IMG/VR virus record: IMGVR_UViG_3300025968_000009
Coordinates: 1 to 38,302 of that record
From: a virus
Lineage: Duplodnaviria; Caudoviricetes
Length of the DNA stretch: 38,302 nucleotides
Strand: one strand, 5' to 3'
Program-made: the position numbers and the translations under genes
The notes under the pieces: generated by a model
Databases searched by the model: none
What the model was told of the DNA's origin: nothing
The model's input: the letters and a program-made list of their open reading frames with translations, nothing else
Part shown: one piece after another, positions 1 to 6,518 of the stretch
Layout of the letters: every line of letters starts with the position of its first letter
Position numbering within the stretch: position 1 is the stretch's first letter

Positions 1-215
1 CGGACGTTCACCTCCCAGACCGGACCCATCGGCTCCGGGGGCCAGGGGAGATCGTTCGCCTTGGCGAACGCCTCACCCGCCCGGACCACCGTGTGGTCGA
101 AGTCGCTCATGTCGTACTTGGTCCCGTAGACCTCCACCGCGATGCCCACGTATGCCTCAGATCCGGGGATCCCCTCCGGGGAGATCACCTCCACGTATTC
201 CTCGCGCCGCTTCAT
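1..215 (-). CDS. hypothetical protein, runs off the left edge (MKRREEYVEVISPEG...)
   Basis: ATG at 215 overlaps the stop of the 212..397 ORF (ATGA coupling); open to position 1; not in ORF track. Confidence 0.6.
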   Translation of the reverse strand, partial: MKRREEYVEVISPEGIPGSEAYVGIAVEVYGTKYDMSDFDHTVVRAGEAFAKANDLPWPPEPMGPVWEVNV

Positions 216-397
216 CCCTTGCTCCCTTCCGCCGGAACGAAGTCCCGGCACTTGCAGACCTTCCGACCGCCCTGGACCCAGAGGTAGTGGCAGGACGCCC
301 GCCCTGGACCCTTCGATCCCCGCGCCCGCCTCTGGGACGTCGCGCCCCTGGAGGGACGATGGAGATGCTTCCCGTGCCCGCACCGGCAGACGATCAT
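212..397 (-). CDS. small Cys/His-rich putative zinc-binding protein
   Basis: CRCGH..HLH..CH..CKC pattern; ATGA coupling with both neighbours. Confidence 0.65.
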   Translation of the reverse strand: MIVCRCGHGKHLHRPSRGATSQRRARGSKGPGRASCHYLWVQGGRKVCKCRDFVPAEGSKG

Positions 398-687
398 CGC
401 CCCGTCCCCGCGTAGTACGGACCGTCGTAGCGGACCACGCCGCGCCGATCACGCGAGACCGTGAACAGGCGATCCCGCTCCGTCCCGCGCGCCTTGGTGG
501 TCTTGTGGAGGACCACGGAGACCTCGCCCTCCTCCAGGAGGACCGCCGCCTCGCGGACCGCGACGTCCGTCTGGTCCCGGAGGAGATCCCACCGGGAGAC
601 CGTCGCGTCCAGGACCACCATCCCGGACCGGGGGGTCTGGACCTGGATCGTCGCCGTCCACGTCCGCGTCTGCTCGTATCCGCTCAT
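394..687 (-). CDS. hypothetical early protein (MSGYEQTRTW..., 97 aa)
   Basis: C-terminal part of track ORF 394..1593; ATG at 687 follows a GGAGG RBS and the promoter at 731-759. Confidence 0.7.
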   Translation of the reverse strand: MSGYEQTRTWTATIQVQTPRSGMVVLDATVSRWDLLRDQTDVAVREAAVLLEEGEVSVVLHKTTKARGTERDRLFTVSRDRRGVVRYDGPYYAGTGR

Positions 688-730
688 CCCAGGACCTCCG
701 TCGTATCGGGGGATCTCCCCCGGTGCAGGG

Positions 731-759
731 AGAGTGGACCTAGCGGGCCAGGGACGCAA
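731..759 (-). promoter_or_regulatory. sigma70-like early promoter TTGCGT-N17-CACTCT
   Basis: -35 at 754-759, -10 at 731-736; GGGGATCTCCCC palindrome at 709-720. Confidence 0.7.
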
Positions 760-875
760 GTCCCCAGGATCCCGCCCAGGAGGACCGCCCCAGGGCCGTC
801 CGCCCGTTCGCCCTCCTCCTGGACCTCCCGCCCGTCCTGGGCCGTCCTGGACGGTCTGGGGACGATCCTGGAGGG

Positions 876-913
876 AATGAGAAAGGCCCCCATCCCCGGA
901 GGGATGAGGGCCT
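876..913 (-). terminator. intrinsic terminator-like hairpin
   Basis: AGGCCCTCATCCC-TCCG-GGGATGGGGGCCT followed by TTCTCATT on the minus strand, just after the stop at 927. Confidence 0.7.
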
Positions 914-926
914 GGGTCCGGACCGT

Positions 927-1349
927 TCAGGCGGGCAGGATCTCCGCGAGGGACTCCCGCGCGAAGTCCGCCTCCGCCCAGGAGACCCGATGGACCTGGG
1001 TGGAGTCGCCGCAGATCGCGCACTCGCCCCAGGGACCGCCATCCGGCTCGTACTCGCCCGGACGGACCGCGACGTAGCAGGACCCGCACGCGAACGCCGT
1101 CCCGCGCGGGGCGCGGACCGCCGCCGCGACCTCCTCCAGGGAGGAGGCCGGGACGGACCAGACCGTGTAGGTCCGCCCGGTCCCGAAGGCGGTGGACGGG
1201 AGATCCACCAGGGAGACCGCCGCGCCCAGGTGGGCGGAGGTGGAGATCACGCGGACCGCCGCGCCGGTCGGAAGGGACTCGCCGGTCCCCTGGACGCCGG
1301 GGAGATCCTTCCCCGTGTAGATGGCGGTGGAGGTGCTGGTGCGAGTCAT
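927..1349 (-). CDS. hypothetical early protein with two CxxC motifs
   Basis: 140-aa ORF with AGGAGG RBS, own promoter and terminator; CGSC...CAIC. Confidence 0.75.
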   Translation of the reverse strand: MTRTSTSTAIYTGKDLPGVQGTGESLPTGAAVRVISTSAHLGAAVSLVDLPSTAFGTGRTYTVWSVPASSLEEVAAAVRAPRGTAFACGSCYVAVRPGEYEPDGGPWGECAICGDSTQVHRVSWAEADFARESLAEILPA

Positions 1350-1402
1350 CCCTGGACCCTCCTGGGTCTGTGCCGGGGGACTTCCCCGGAGCCGATGAGA
1401 GA

Positions 1403-1431
1403 ACAGTACGGGGGGCGCGGAGACCGCGCAA
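1403..1431 (-). promoter_or_regulatory. sigma70-like early promoter TTGCGC-N17-TACTGT
   Basis: -35 at 1426-1431, -10 at 1403-1408; GGGGACTTCCCC at 1376-1387. Confidence 0.75.
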
Positions 1432-1464
1432 GTGGGATCCGGGGATCTTCTCCGAACATGGAGA

Positions 1465-1492
1465 ACGGCCCCTCCCCGGAGGGAGAGGCCGT
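1465..1492 (-). terminator. terminator-like hairpin
   Basis: ACGGCCCCTCCC-CGGA-GGGAGAGGCCGT (plus strand), minus-strand tail TCTCCATGTT, after the stop at 1506. Confidence 0.65.
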
Positions 1493-1505
1493 CCGCCTGG
1501 GGATC

Positions 1506-1781
1506 CTACCCGCGATGCTCCAGGACCTCCGCCCCGATCATCCACGGACCGTGGATCCGGACGCCCGCCGTGTGGTGCGCTCCCTGGATCCATCCCCGCC
1601 CGTACTCCGCCCCGTGGAGCGCGACCACCTCCGCGAGGCGGGCCAGGAGGGACGCGTCCCCCGTCTCCCCGTCCTCCCGAAGGATCTCCGCGTGGGCCAG
1701 GATCCGCCCCGCCAGGGCGAACCGGTTCTCCTCATCCACGCGGACCGCCCGCTGGATATCCTGGACCGTGGTCTTGCTCAC
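1506..1781 (-). CDS. hypothetical early protein
   Basis: 91-aa ORF, GTGA-coupled to the upstream gene. Confidence 0.7.
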   Translation of the reverse strand: MSKTTVQDIQRAVRVDEENRFALAGRILAHAEILREDGETGDASLLARLAEVVALHGAEYGRGWIQGAHHTAGVRIHGPWMIGAEVLEHRG

Positions 1782-2062
1782 GCCTGGACCTCCATCGCGT
1801 ACTCGCCCAGGAAGGGGTCGAACGTCGCGCCGGGGATCTCCGCGTTCCCCATCGCGCGGTCGTAGGCCGCGCGGAGGAGATCGGATCCCCGGATCGCCGC
1901 GTTGAAGTCGCGCATCCGCGCGTTCTCCAGGAGGTCGTCCAGGACCTCATCCGCCGCCTGGATCTCCGCGTCGGCCTGGGTCATCCCCTCGCCCTGGAGG
2001 TCCGCGATCCGATCCTGGAGGCGGATCTTGGTCCAGAACGCCTTGGTCTCCGTCGTAGTCAT
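1778..2062 (-). CDS. hypothetical early protein (MTTTETKAFW..., 94 aa)
   Basis: start moved to ATG at 2062 after GAGGAG RBS and downstream of the promoter at 2105-2133. Confidence 0.7.
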   Translation of the reverse strand: MTTTETKAFWTKIRLQDRIADLQGEGMTQADAEIQAADEVLDDLLENARMRDFNAAIRGSDLLRAAYDRAMGNAEIPGATFDPFLGEYAMEVQA

Positions 2063-2104
2063 CCCGTTCTCCTCATCCCTTCGGGGGATCTCCCCGGTGC
2101 AGGA

Positions 2105-2133
2105 ACAGTAGGGGAGGCCCAGGGGGCACGCAA
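2105..2133 (-). promoter_or_regulatory. sigma70-like early promoter TTGCGT-N17-TACTGT
   Basis: -35 at 2128-2133, -10 at 2105-2110; palindromes at 2084-2095 and 2140-2151. Confidence 0.75.
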
Positions 2134-2189
2134 GTCCCCAGGGAGATCCCCCAGGAACGCCCAGGACGGACGCCCCGAACATGGAGAGA

Positions 2190-2215
2190 CCCCAGACCCC
2201 GCCGGGGATCTGGGG
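2190..2215 (-). terminator. terminator-like hairpin after the DUF932 gene
   Basis: CCCCAGACCCC-GCC-GGGGATCTGGGG, minus-strand tail TCTCTCCATGTT. Confidence 0.55.
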
Positions 2216-2231
2216 CCGCTCCTGGGCCGTC

Positions 2232-3218
2232 CTAGCGTGCGAGGCGCGCCGCCGGGACCTTCTCCTGGATCACGGAGAGGACCTTCTGCTTCCGCCGCGC
2301 TGCGGGGCCGTCGTAGACGATGGAGTCCATCCGGACGTCCACGTCCGCGAACCGGCGACCGTGGTAGTCGACCACGTGGTCCAGGTACTCGCCCGCCGCC
2401 TGGAGGACGCCCCACGCGGTTCCGCGAACCGGGTCCAGGTTCTCCGTCGTGCGGTAGATCTCGCGGACCTTCGCGAAGTCGCTCCGGTCGATCTTCTCCG
2501 GGGCCTTCTGCGTCTCCGGGACCGGGAACGCCGCGCGGAGGATCGCGTCCACCTGTCGGGTCGAGACCTTCGCGAGGGCGAGACGCCCCGCGATCCGGGA
2601 GAACTCCTCCGTGTACGTGAACGTCACGCCCAGGGCCTCCCGCGCCGCCGCCAGTTTGCCCTCCGTGGACCCGGAGTGCCGGATCCGGAAGGTCCGGGTC
2701 GCCGCGCCCAGGGCCAGGGTCCAGGTGTTCGCGCAGACCACGCGGACCATTGTCACGGACGCCTGGAGGACCGTGGACCCATCGAAGCCGTTGGTGACCA
2801 GAATGTACGGCTTGGTCTCGCCCTCATCGCCGGGGACGTGGATCCCGTCCGGGAGTTCCATGCTCAGGAACACTTTGCGACCGCCGAACAGGGACCCCGC
2901 CGTCTCATACTTCGCGGCACCGCTGTCCACCAGGGAGTCCGCCCAGACGAACGCGTCCCGGTTCTGGACGATCTGGTACGCGTCCCCGACCACGCCCAGG
3001 ACGGACCCGTCCGTCTGTCGGACCGTCGCCCAGGAGGACGGGACCAGGACGTCATCCCCGCCGAACCGCGTCCAGAGGGGCTGCTTGCTGACGGACCAGT
3101 CCAGACCCGCCGCGACGATCATCTCCTCCGACGTGCTGAGTTCGTTCTCGGTCTTGGTCCCCAGACCGTGCCAGGGGATCCCGCGACCGTAGGCCATCGT
3201 CTCCACCGCTGCGACCAT
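2232..3218 (-). CDS. DUF932 family protein (phage/plasmid-like protein, TIGR03299-type)
   Basis: PWHGLG..AGLDW..LGVVG..YQIVQN..YETAGSL.GGRKVF..NGFDGS..VRVVCANT..IRH..GTAWG signature. Confidence 0.9.
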   Translation of the reverse strand: MVAAVETMAYGRGIPWHGLGTKTENELSTSEEMIVAAGLDWSVSKQPLWTRFGGDDVLVPSSWATVRQTDGSVLGVVGDAYQIVQNRDAFVWADSLVDSGAAKYETAGSLFGGRKVFLSMELPDGIHVPGDEGETKPYILVTNGFDGSTVLQASVTMVRVVCANTWTLALGAATRTFRIRHSGSTEGKLAAAREALGVTFTYTEEFSRIAGRLALAKVSTRQVDAILRAAFPVPETQKAPEKIDRSDFAKVREIYRTTENLDPVRGTAWGVLQAAGEYLDHVVDYHGRRFADVDVRMDSIVYDGPAARRKQKVLSVIQEKVPAARLAR

Positions 3219-3284
3219 CTCTCTGCATCCTCTCTGGGTCCGCCTGGGACCCGCTAGACCTTCCGGGGAAGTCCCCGGACCTGG

Positions 3285-3314
3285 AGAATAGAGGAAGGGC
3301 TGGAACCTTGTCCA
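3285..3314 (-). promoter_or_regulatory. promoter TGGACA-N18-TATTCT for the DUF932 gene
   Basis: -10 at 3285-3290; -35 lies inside a 10-bp inverted repeat (3295-3320); TCCGGGGA-AG-TCCCCGGA at 3262-3279. Confidence 0.6.
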
Positions 3315-3350
3315 GCCCTTTCTCGCCGTGGGGGAGATCCCTGGAGGAGA

Positions 3351-3713
3351 CTACCGGGAGACCTCCTCCAGGAAGGACGCGACGTGCATCCGGATCCCCG
3401 CGATGTACCACCCGTCCGCGACCGCCTCAAAGAACGGGGACCCGCCCCAGAGGTCGCGATCCGATCCCACGAACGCCTCAAAGTACGCGATGGTCGCCGC
3501 CTGGCGGCGTTCGTGGGAGGTCTCGCCCGCCACCGGCCCGACCAGGACGGAGACCGTCTCCGTCTCCCGGATCCGATCCAGTTCGGCCTTCGCCGCCTCG
3601 CGGACCCGGACCTGGGCTTCGCGTGTCCCCGCGCCCTGGCATCCGAAGCAGACGCCATGCTCGCGGACCCAGGACCCGAACCCCTTACCCTTGCAGCGAG
3701 TGCAGTTCTTCAT
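3351..3713 (-). CDS. protein with N-terminal DnaJ-like CxxCxGxG zinc finger
   Basis: MKNCTRCKGKG...CFGCQGAG; start moved to 3713 after GGAGG RBS. Confidence 0.75.
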   Translation of the reverse strand: MKNCTRCKGKGFGSWVREHGVCFGCQGAGTREAQVRVREAAKAELDRIRETETVSVLVGPVAGETSHERRQAATIAYFEAFVGSDRDLWGGSPFFEAVADGWYIAGIRMHVASFLEEVSR

Positions 3714-3760
3714 CCCCAGGACCTCCGTTCGCGCCCCTGTTTGGGTCGCCTCTGGCGACC

Positions 3761-3789
3761 AGAGTGACGGTATTCCGGGCATATGTAAA
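3761..3789 (-). promoter_or_regulatory. sigma70-like early promoter TTTACA-N17-CACTCT
   Basis: -35 at 3784-3789, -10 at 3761-3766; extended palindrome AGTCCTCCAGGGA-GA-TCCCCGGAGGACT at 3789-3816. Confidence 0.75.
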
Positions 3790-3839
3790 GTCCTCCAGGG
3801 AGATCCCCGGAGGACTCAGACCAGATCCAGGAGGAGAGA

Positions 3840-4193
3840 TCAGATCCCGGAGAGGAACGCCCGCTCCTCCGCCTCACGCTCCGCCTGGGCCATCTCATCC
3901 GTCCATCCGACGAGCGCGTACTGCCGATCCATCTCCGCGCGGAACGCCGCCTCCGCCGCGTCATCCTGGATGCACTCGCCCTGGGCGCGGAGGAACCGGA
4001 CGGAGTCGACCTCGCGCCGGTAGAGGTACCGCGCCTTCTCACCTTCCGCGAACCGCGCGAACAGGGTCTCCCGGTTCACGTCCACCACGCGCCCGATCCG
4101 CCCCGTCCGCCGCTCCCGGACCAGATCCCCGAGGTTGATCTGCTGGCGCGACCCGTCGATGCGGAGGCTGTTCACGATCTCCTGGACCTTCAT
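3840..4193 (-). CDS. hypothetical early protein (possible SH3/KOW-like beta domain)
   Basis: 117-aa ORF; LGDLVRERRTGRIGRVVDV motif; GAGG RBS. Confidence 0.7.
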   Translation of the reverse strand: MKVQEIVNSLRIDGSRQQINLGDLVRERRTGRIGRVVDVNRETLFARFAEGEKARYLYRREVDSVRFLRAQGECIQDDAAEAAFRAEMDRQYALVGWTDEMAQAEREAEERAFLSGI

Positions 4194-4236
4194 CTCTGGA
4201 CCTCATCCCTTCGCGCACGCCGCGCGTCTGGAGACC

Positions 4237-4265
4237 AGAGTGGGAGTAGATCCGGATCCCGTCAA
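4237..4265 (-). promoter_or_regulatory. sigma70-like early promoter TTGACG-N17-CACTCT
   Basis: -35 at 4260-4265, -10 at 4237-4242; GGGGAGATCCCT at 4273-4284. Confidence 0.75.
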
Positions 4266-4396
4266 GTAGCCGGGGGAGATCCCTGGAGGGATCTGGAGGT
4301 CCCCGGTGATCCGGTCGCCGTCCCGTGCCGGGGATCCTCCAGGACGCGAGGATACCGTCCAGGGGACCATCCGGACGCCCTGGACGGGATCGCCGC

Positions 4397-4418
4397 TCCT
4401 GGGCCGTCCTGGACGGTC
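4397..4418. repeat. 22-bp direct repeat TCCTGGGCCGTCCTGGACGGTC
   Basis: identical copy at 835-856; overlapping 18-bp match (4393-4410) at 2216-2233; all near cassette boundaries. Confidence 0.8.
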
Positions 4419-4434
4419 CTGGAGGGCATGGAGA

Positions 4435-4466
4435 GGCCCCCAGACGGGAGGGTCCGCCTGGGGGCC
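4435..4466 (-). terminator. terminator-like hairpin ending the late/lysis operon
   Basis: GGCCCCCAG...CTGGGGGCC stem, minus-strand tail TCTCCATG, after the holin stop at 4481. Confidence 0.65.
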
Positions 4467-4480
4467 GCGATGCGCCCGGA

Positions 4481-4801
4481 CTATCCGCCGCGAGTCGCCC
4501 GGACGTGTCCCAGCGAGGAGTTGATGCCGACCGCCGACGTCGCGCACGCGAGCCACGCGAGGAACGCCGCGAACGCGGACTCCGCGCTGGCGTTCGCCCC
4601 GACCACGGCCACGTAGGCGAACACGTAGAGGACCGCCGACAGGATGAACGCCTGGAGGGCACCGGAGACCTTCGCGTCCAGGGCCGGGAATACGTGTTTG
4701 AGCAGTTCGATGAGTTGGCGGATGATCGCCGCCGCCGGGAACGCGCCCGTCCCCAGGAGGATTGCCGCCAGAGTTGTGTCGACCACCGTGCCCTCCATCA
4801 T
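4481..4801 (-). CDS. putative holin (membrane protein, 106 aa, MM dual start)
   Basis: MMEGTVV... about 3 hydrophobic segments, IRQLIELLK motif, directly downstream of the endolysin. Confidence 0.65.
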   Translation of the reverse strand: MMEGTVVDTTLAAILLGTGAFPAAAIIRQLIELLKHVFPALDAKVSGALQAFILSAVLYVFAYVAVVGANASAESAFAAFLAWLACATSAVGINSSLGHVRATRGG

Positions 4802-5589
4802 GCCGTCGCCGCGACCACGGACGCGTGGCAGTAGCCCACCACGCCCTTGCCGGGGACCCAGACGCGGTACCACCGCTTGTCGCCGCCCACGGACTCCCCG
4901 ATCACCGTCCCGCCGTGCTGGAGGACCTGGGTGGTCAGCCGCCCGATGGGAGTCGACGCCCGCGTGGCCTTGGGCCGGATCCAGACCCAGGAGGAGACGG
5001 ACGCCCGCTTGCGGAGGGTCCGCTTGGTCCACGTCCCGATGGTCCACCCGCGCCCAGGGAACTGCTCCAGGGCCGCGAACAGGACGGACTCGGGCCACCA
5101 GTTCGGACCCTTCGGGATCCCCGCCCTCCGACCGTCCGCGAGAGGATCCCAGGTCAGGAACCCAGGACCGGACCCGCCCGTGCAGAGGTTCACGTTCGCC
5201 GCCCATTCGTTCACGTAGACGGAGTGCAGATCCTCAAAGGACTTGTCCGCCTCCAGGCACTCCGGGAGGGGCGAGTAGTCGATGTTCGCGATGGCTCCGA
5301 CGCCCGACCGGACCAGAGACCGGAACCGGTCTTTGTCCATCCCATCGTCGTAGTCGAAGATCGTCAGCGGGACCCCCACCTTGGCAAGGGCCGTCGCGAG
5401 TTGCCGGATCGTCGTGCCGCCCTGGACGTCGCCGGTCAGGACGCGCATCTGGTCCGGGGTCTTGTTGATCGCGCCCAGGGACCACCTATCCGCGAGGGTC
5501 GCCGCAGACGCGGGGCCACAGTTGGAGTTCCCCAGGGGAGACCCCGTGAGTTGCTTTCGGAACCTGGGTCGATAGACCGCCTGGGTCAT
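4798..5589 (-). CDS. putative endolysin: C39-like papain-fold peptidase with C-terminal SH3-like domain
   Basis: Q...NCGPAS (Cys), HSVYV (His), WDPL (Asp); C-terminal WYRV..GYCHASVV; flanked by membrane proteins. Confidence 0.7.
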   Translation of the reverse strand: MTQAVYRPRFRKQLTGSPLGNSNCGPASAATLADRWSLGAINKTPDQMRVLTGDVQGGTTIRQLATALAKVGVPLTIFDYDDGMDKDRFRSLVRSGVGAIANIDYSPLPECLEADKSFEDLHSVYVNEWAANVNLCTGGSGPGFLTWDPLADGRRAGIPKGPNWWPESVLFAALEQFPGRGWTIGTWTKRTLRKRASVSSWVWIRPKATRASTPIGRLTTQVLQHGGTVIGESVGGDKRWYRVWVPGKGVVGYCHASVVAATA

Positions 5590-5894
5590 CCCTTCCTCCT
5601 CTGGTACAGGGTCGCTACATAGGCGAGACCGCCGACAATCATCGCACCTCGCGCAAGGTTCGCGAGGACGGCCAGGACGTCGGACGTCCCGCCGGTCGTG
5701 ACGTTCAGGTAGTAGCCGAACGCGGAGACGATCCCGCCCGCCCCGGAGGCCAGGAGGACGAACCCCAGGAGGACGGACCGCGCCGCCCGCTCATCGTGGA
5801 AGTGCCGCCAGTCCTGGACGGACGCGATGAGGACCACGGTCCAGATCGCGACGAGGACCGCCGCGAGCAGGATGGCGATGATCGGACCAGTCAT
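5586..5894 (-). CDS. membrane protein (3 TM), lysis-cassette accessory or holin-like
   Basis: three hydrophobic stretches; ATGA-coupled to the endolysin. Confidence 0.7.
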   Translation of the reverse strand: MTGPIIAILLAAVLVAIWTVVLIASVQDWRHFHDERAARSVLLGFVLLASGAGGIVSAFGYYLNVTTGGTSDVLAVLANLARGAMIVGGLAYVATLYQRRKG

Positions 5895-6142
5895 GGCTTG
5901 TCCTCCTCCTCATCCTCCCGTTTGCCGATCATCGGGAGACGGACCACGTTCGCGTATCCCAGGAGGATCAGCGCGGCCCCGCCCGCGATTGCCAGGATGG
6001 AGAGGACCGCCGTGGCGTCCCGCTCCCGGTCCAGGGCGACGATCACGAACACAGCCACGAACGCGACCACGGTCCCAGACCGGAGCCACCGGAGGATCGG
6101 ATCGTGTCCCGACCTCCACCCGTTGCCGCCCTTCGCTGCCAC
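5891..6142 (-). CDS. small membrane protein (2 TM), holin-like
   Basis: C-terminal part of track ORF 5891..6223; probable GTG start at 6142; acidic tail. Confidence 0.6.
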   Translation of the reverse strand: MAAKGGNGWRSGHDPILRWLRSGTVVAFVAVFVIVALDRERDATAVLSILAIAGGAALILLGYANVVRLPMIGKREDEEEDKP

Positions 6143-6143
6143 G

Positions 6144-6518
6144 CTACGGGATGCAATGAGGGCACGGGACGTCCACGTCTGGGTCCTTCCCGACCTCCGA
6201 CCAGAAGTGGTAGAACGTCGCATCCTGGATCCCGTCCAGGGCGCACGCCTCCACCGCCGCGTAGCAGTCGTGGACGATCCCCGTGCTTCGCTGCTGGAGG
6301 AAGCGCCCCAGGAGATCCCTGGAGACGTAGGACGAACGCTGCGCCCCGAAGTCGGGCAGAGGGACCGGATCGTACAGGTCCAGGGCGGGAACGCCCAGGA
6401 CGGTCCCCAGGTCCTCCGCAGCGGCCCACCTGGAGGACGCCTCCCGGTGCCAGGACTCCCCCTCCGGGTCCTGGACCTTCGCCGTGTCGATCTTGCGAGC
6501 CATCGGGTCCTCCCTCAT
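6144..6518 (-). CDS. hypothetical protein downstream of the tail tip gene
   Basis: 124-aa ORF, ATGA-coupled; C-terminal CPHC. Confidence 0.65.
   Translation of the reverse strand: MREDPMARKIDTAKVQDPEGESWHREASSRWAAAEDLGTVLGVPALDLYDPVPLPDFGAQRSSYVSRDLLGRFLQQRSTGIVHDCYAAVEACALDGIQDATFYHFWSEVGKDPDVDVPCPHCIP

Noticed and set aside
1452-1466. LexA (Cheo) box at CCGAACATGGAGA (also 2175)
   Set aside because: Only the CGAAC half-site is present; there is no GTTC at the N4 spacing.
394-1593. 399-aa minus-strand ORF as a single gene
   Set aside because: The upstream part is low-complexity and crosses promoters, terminators and another gene; only 394-687 looks coding.
700-4470. CRISPR array or integron attC array interpretation of the repeated spacers
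   Set aside because: Repeats are degenerate, irregularly spaced and separated by whole genes; no cas gene or tyrosine recombinase; they resolve into promoters and terminators.
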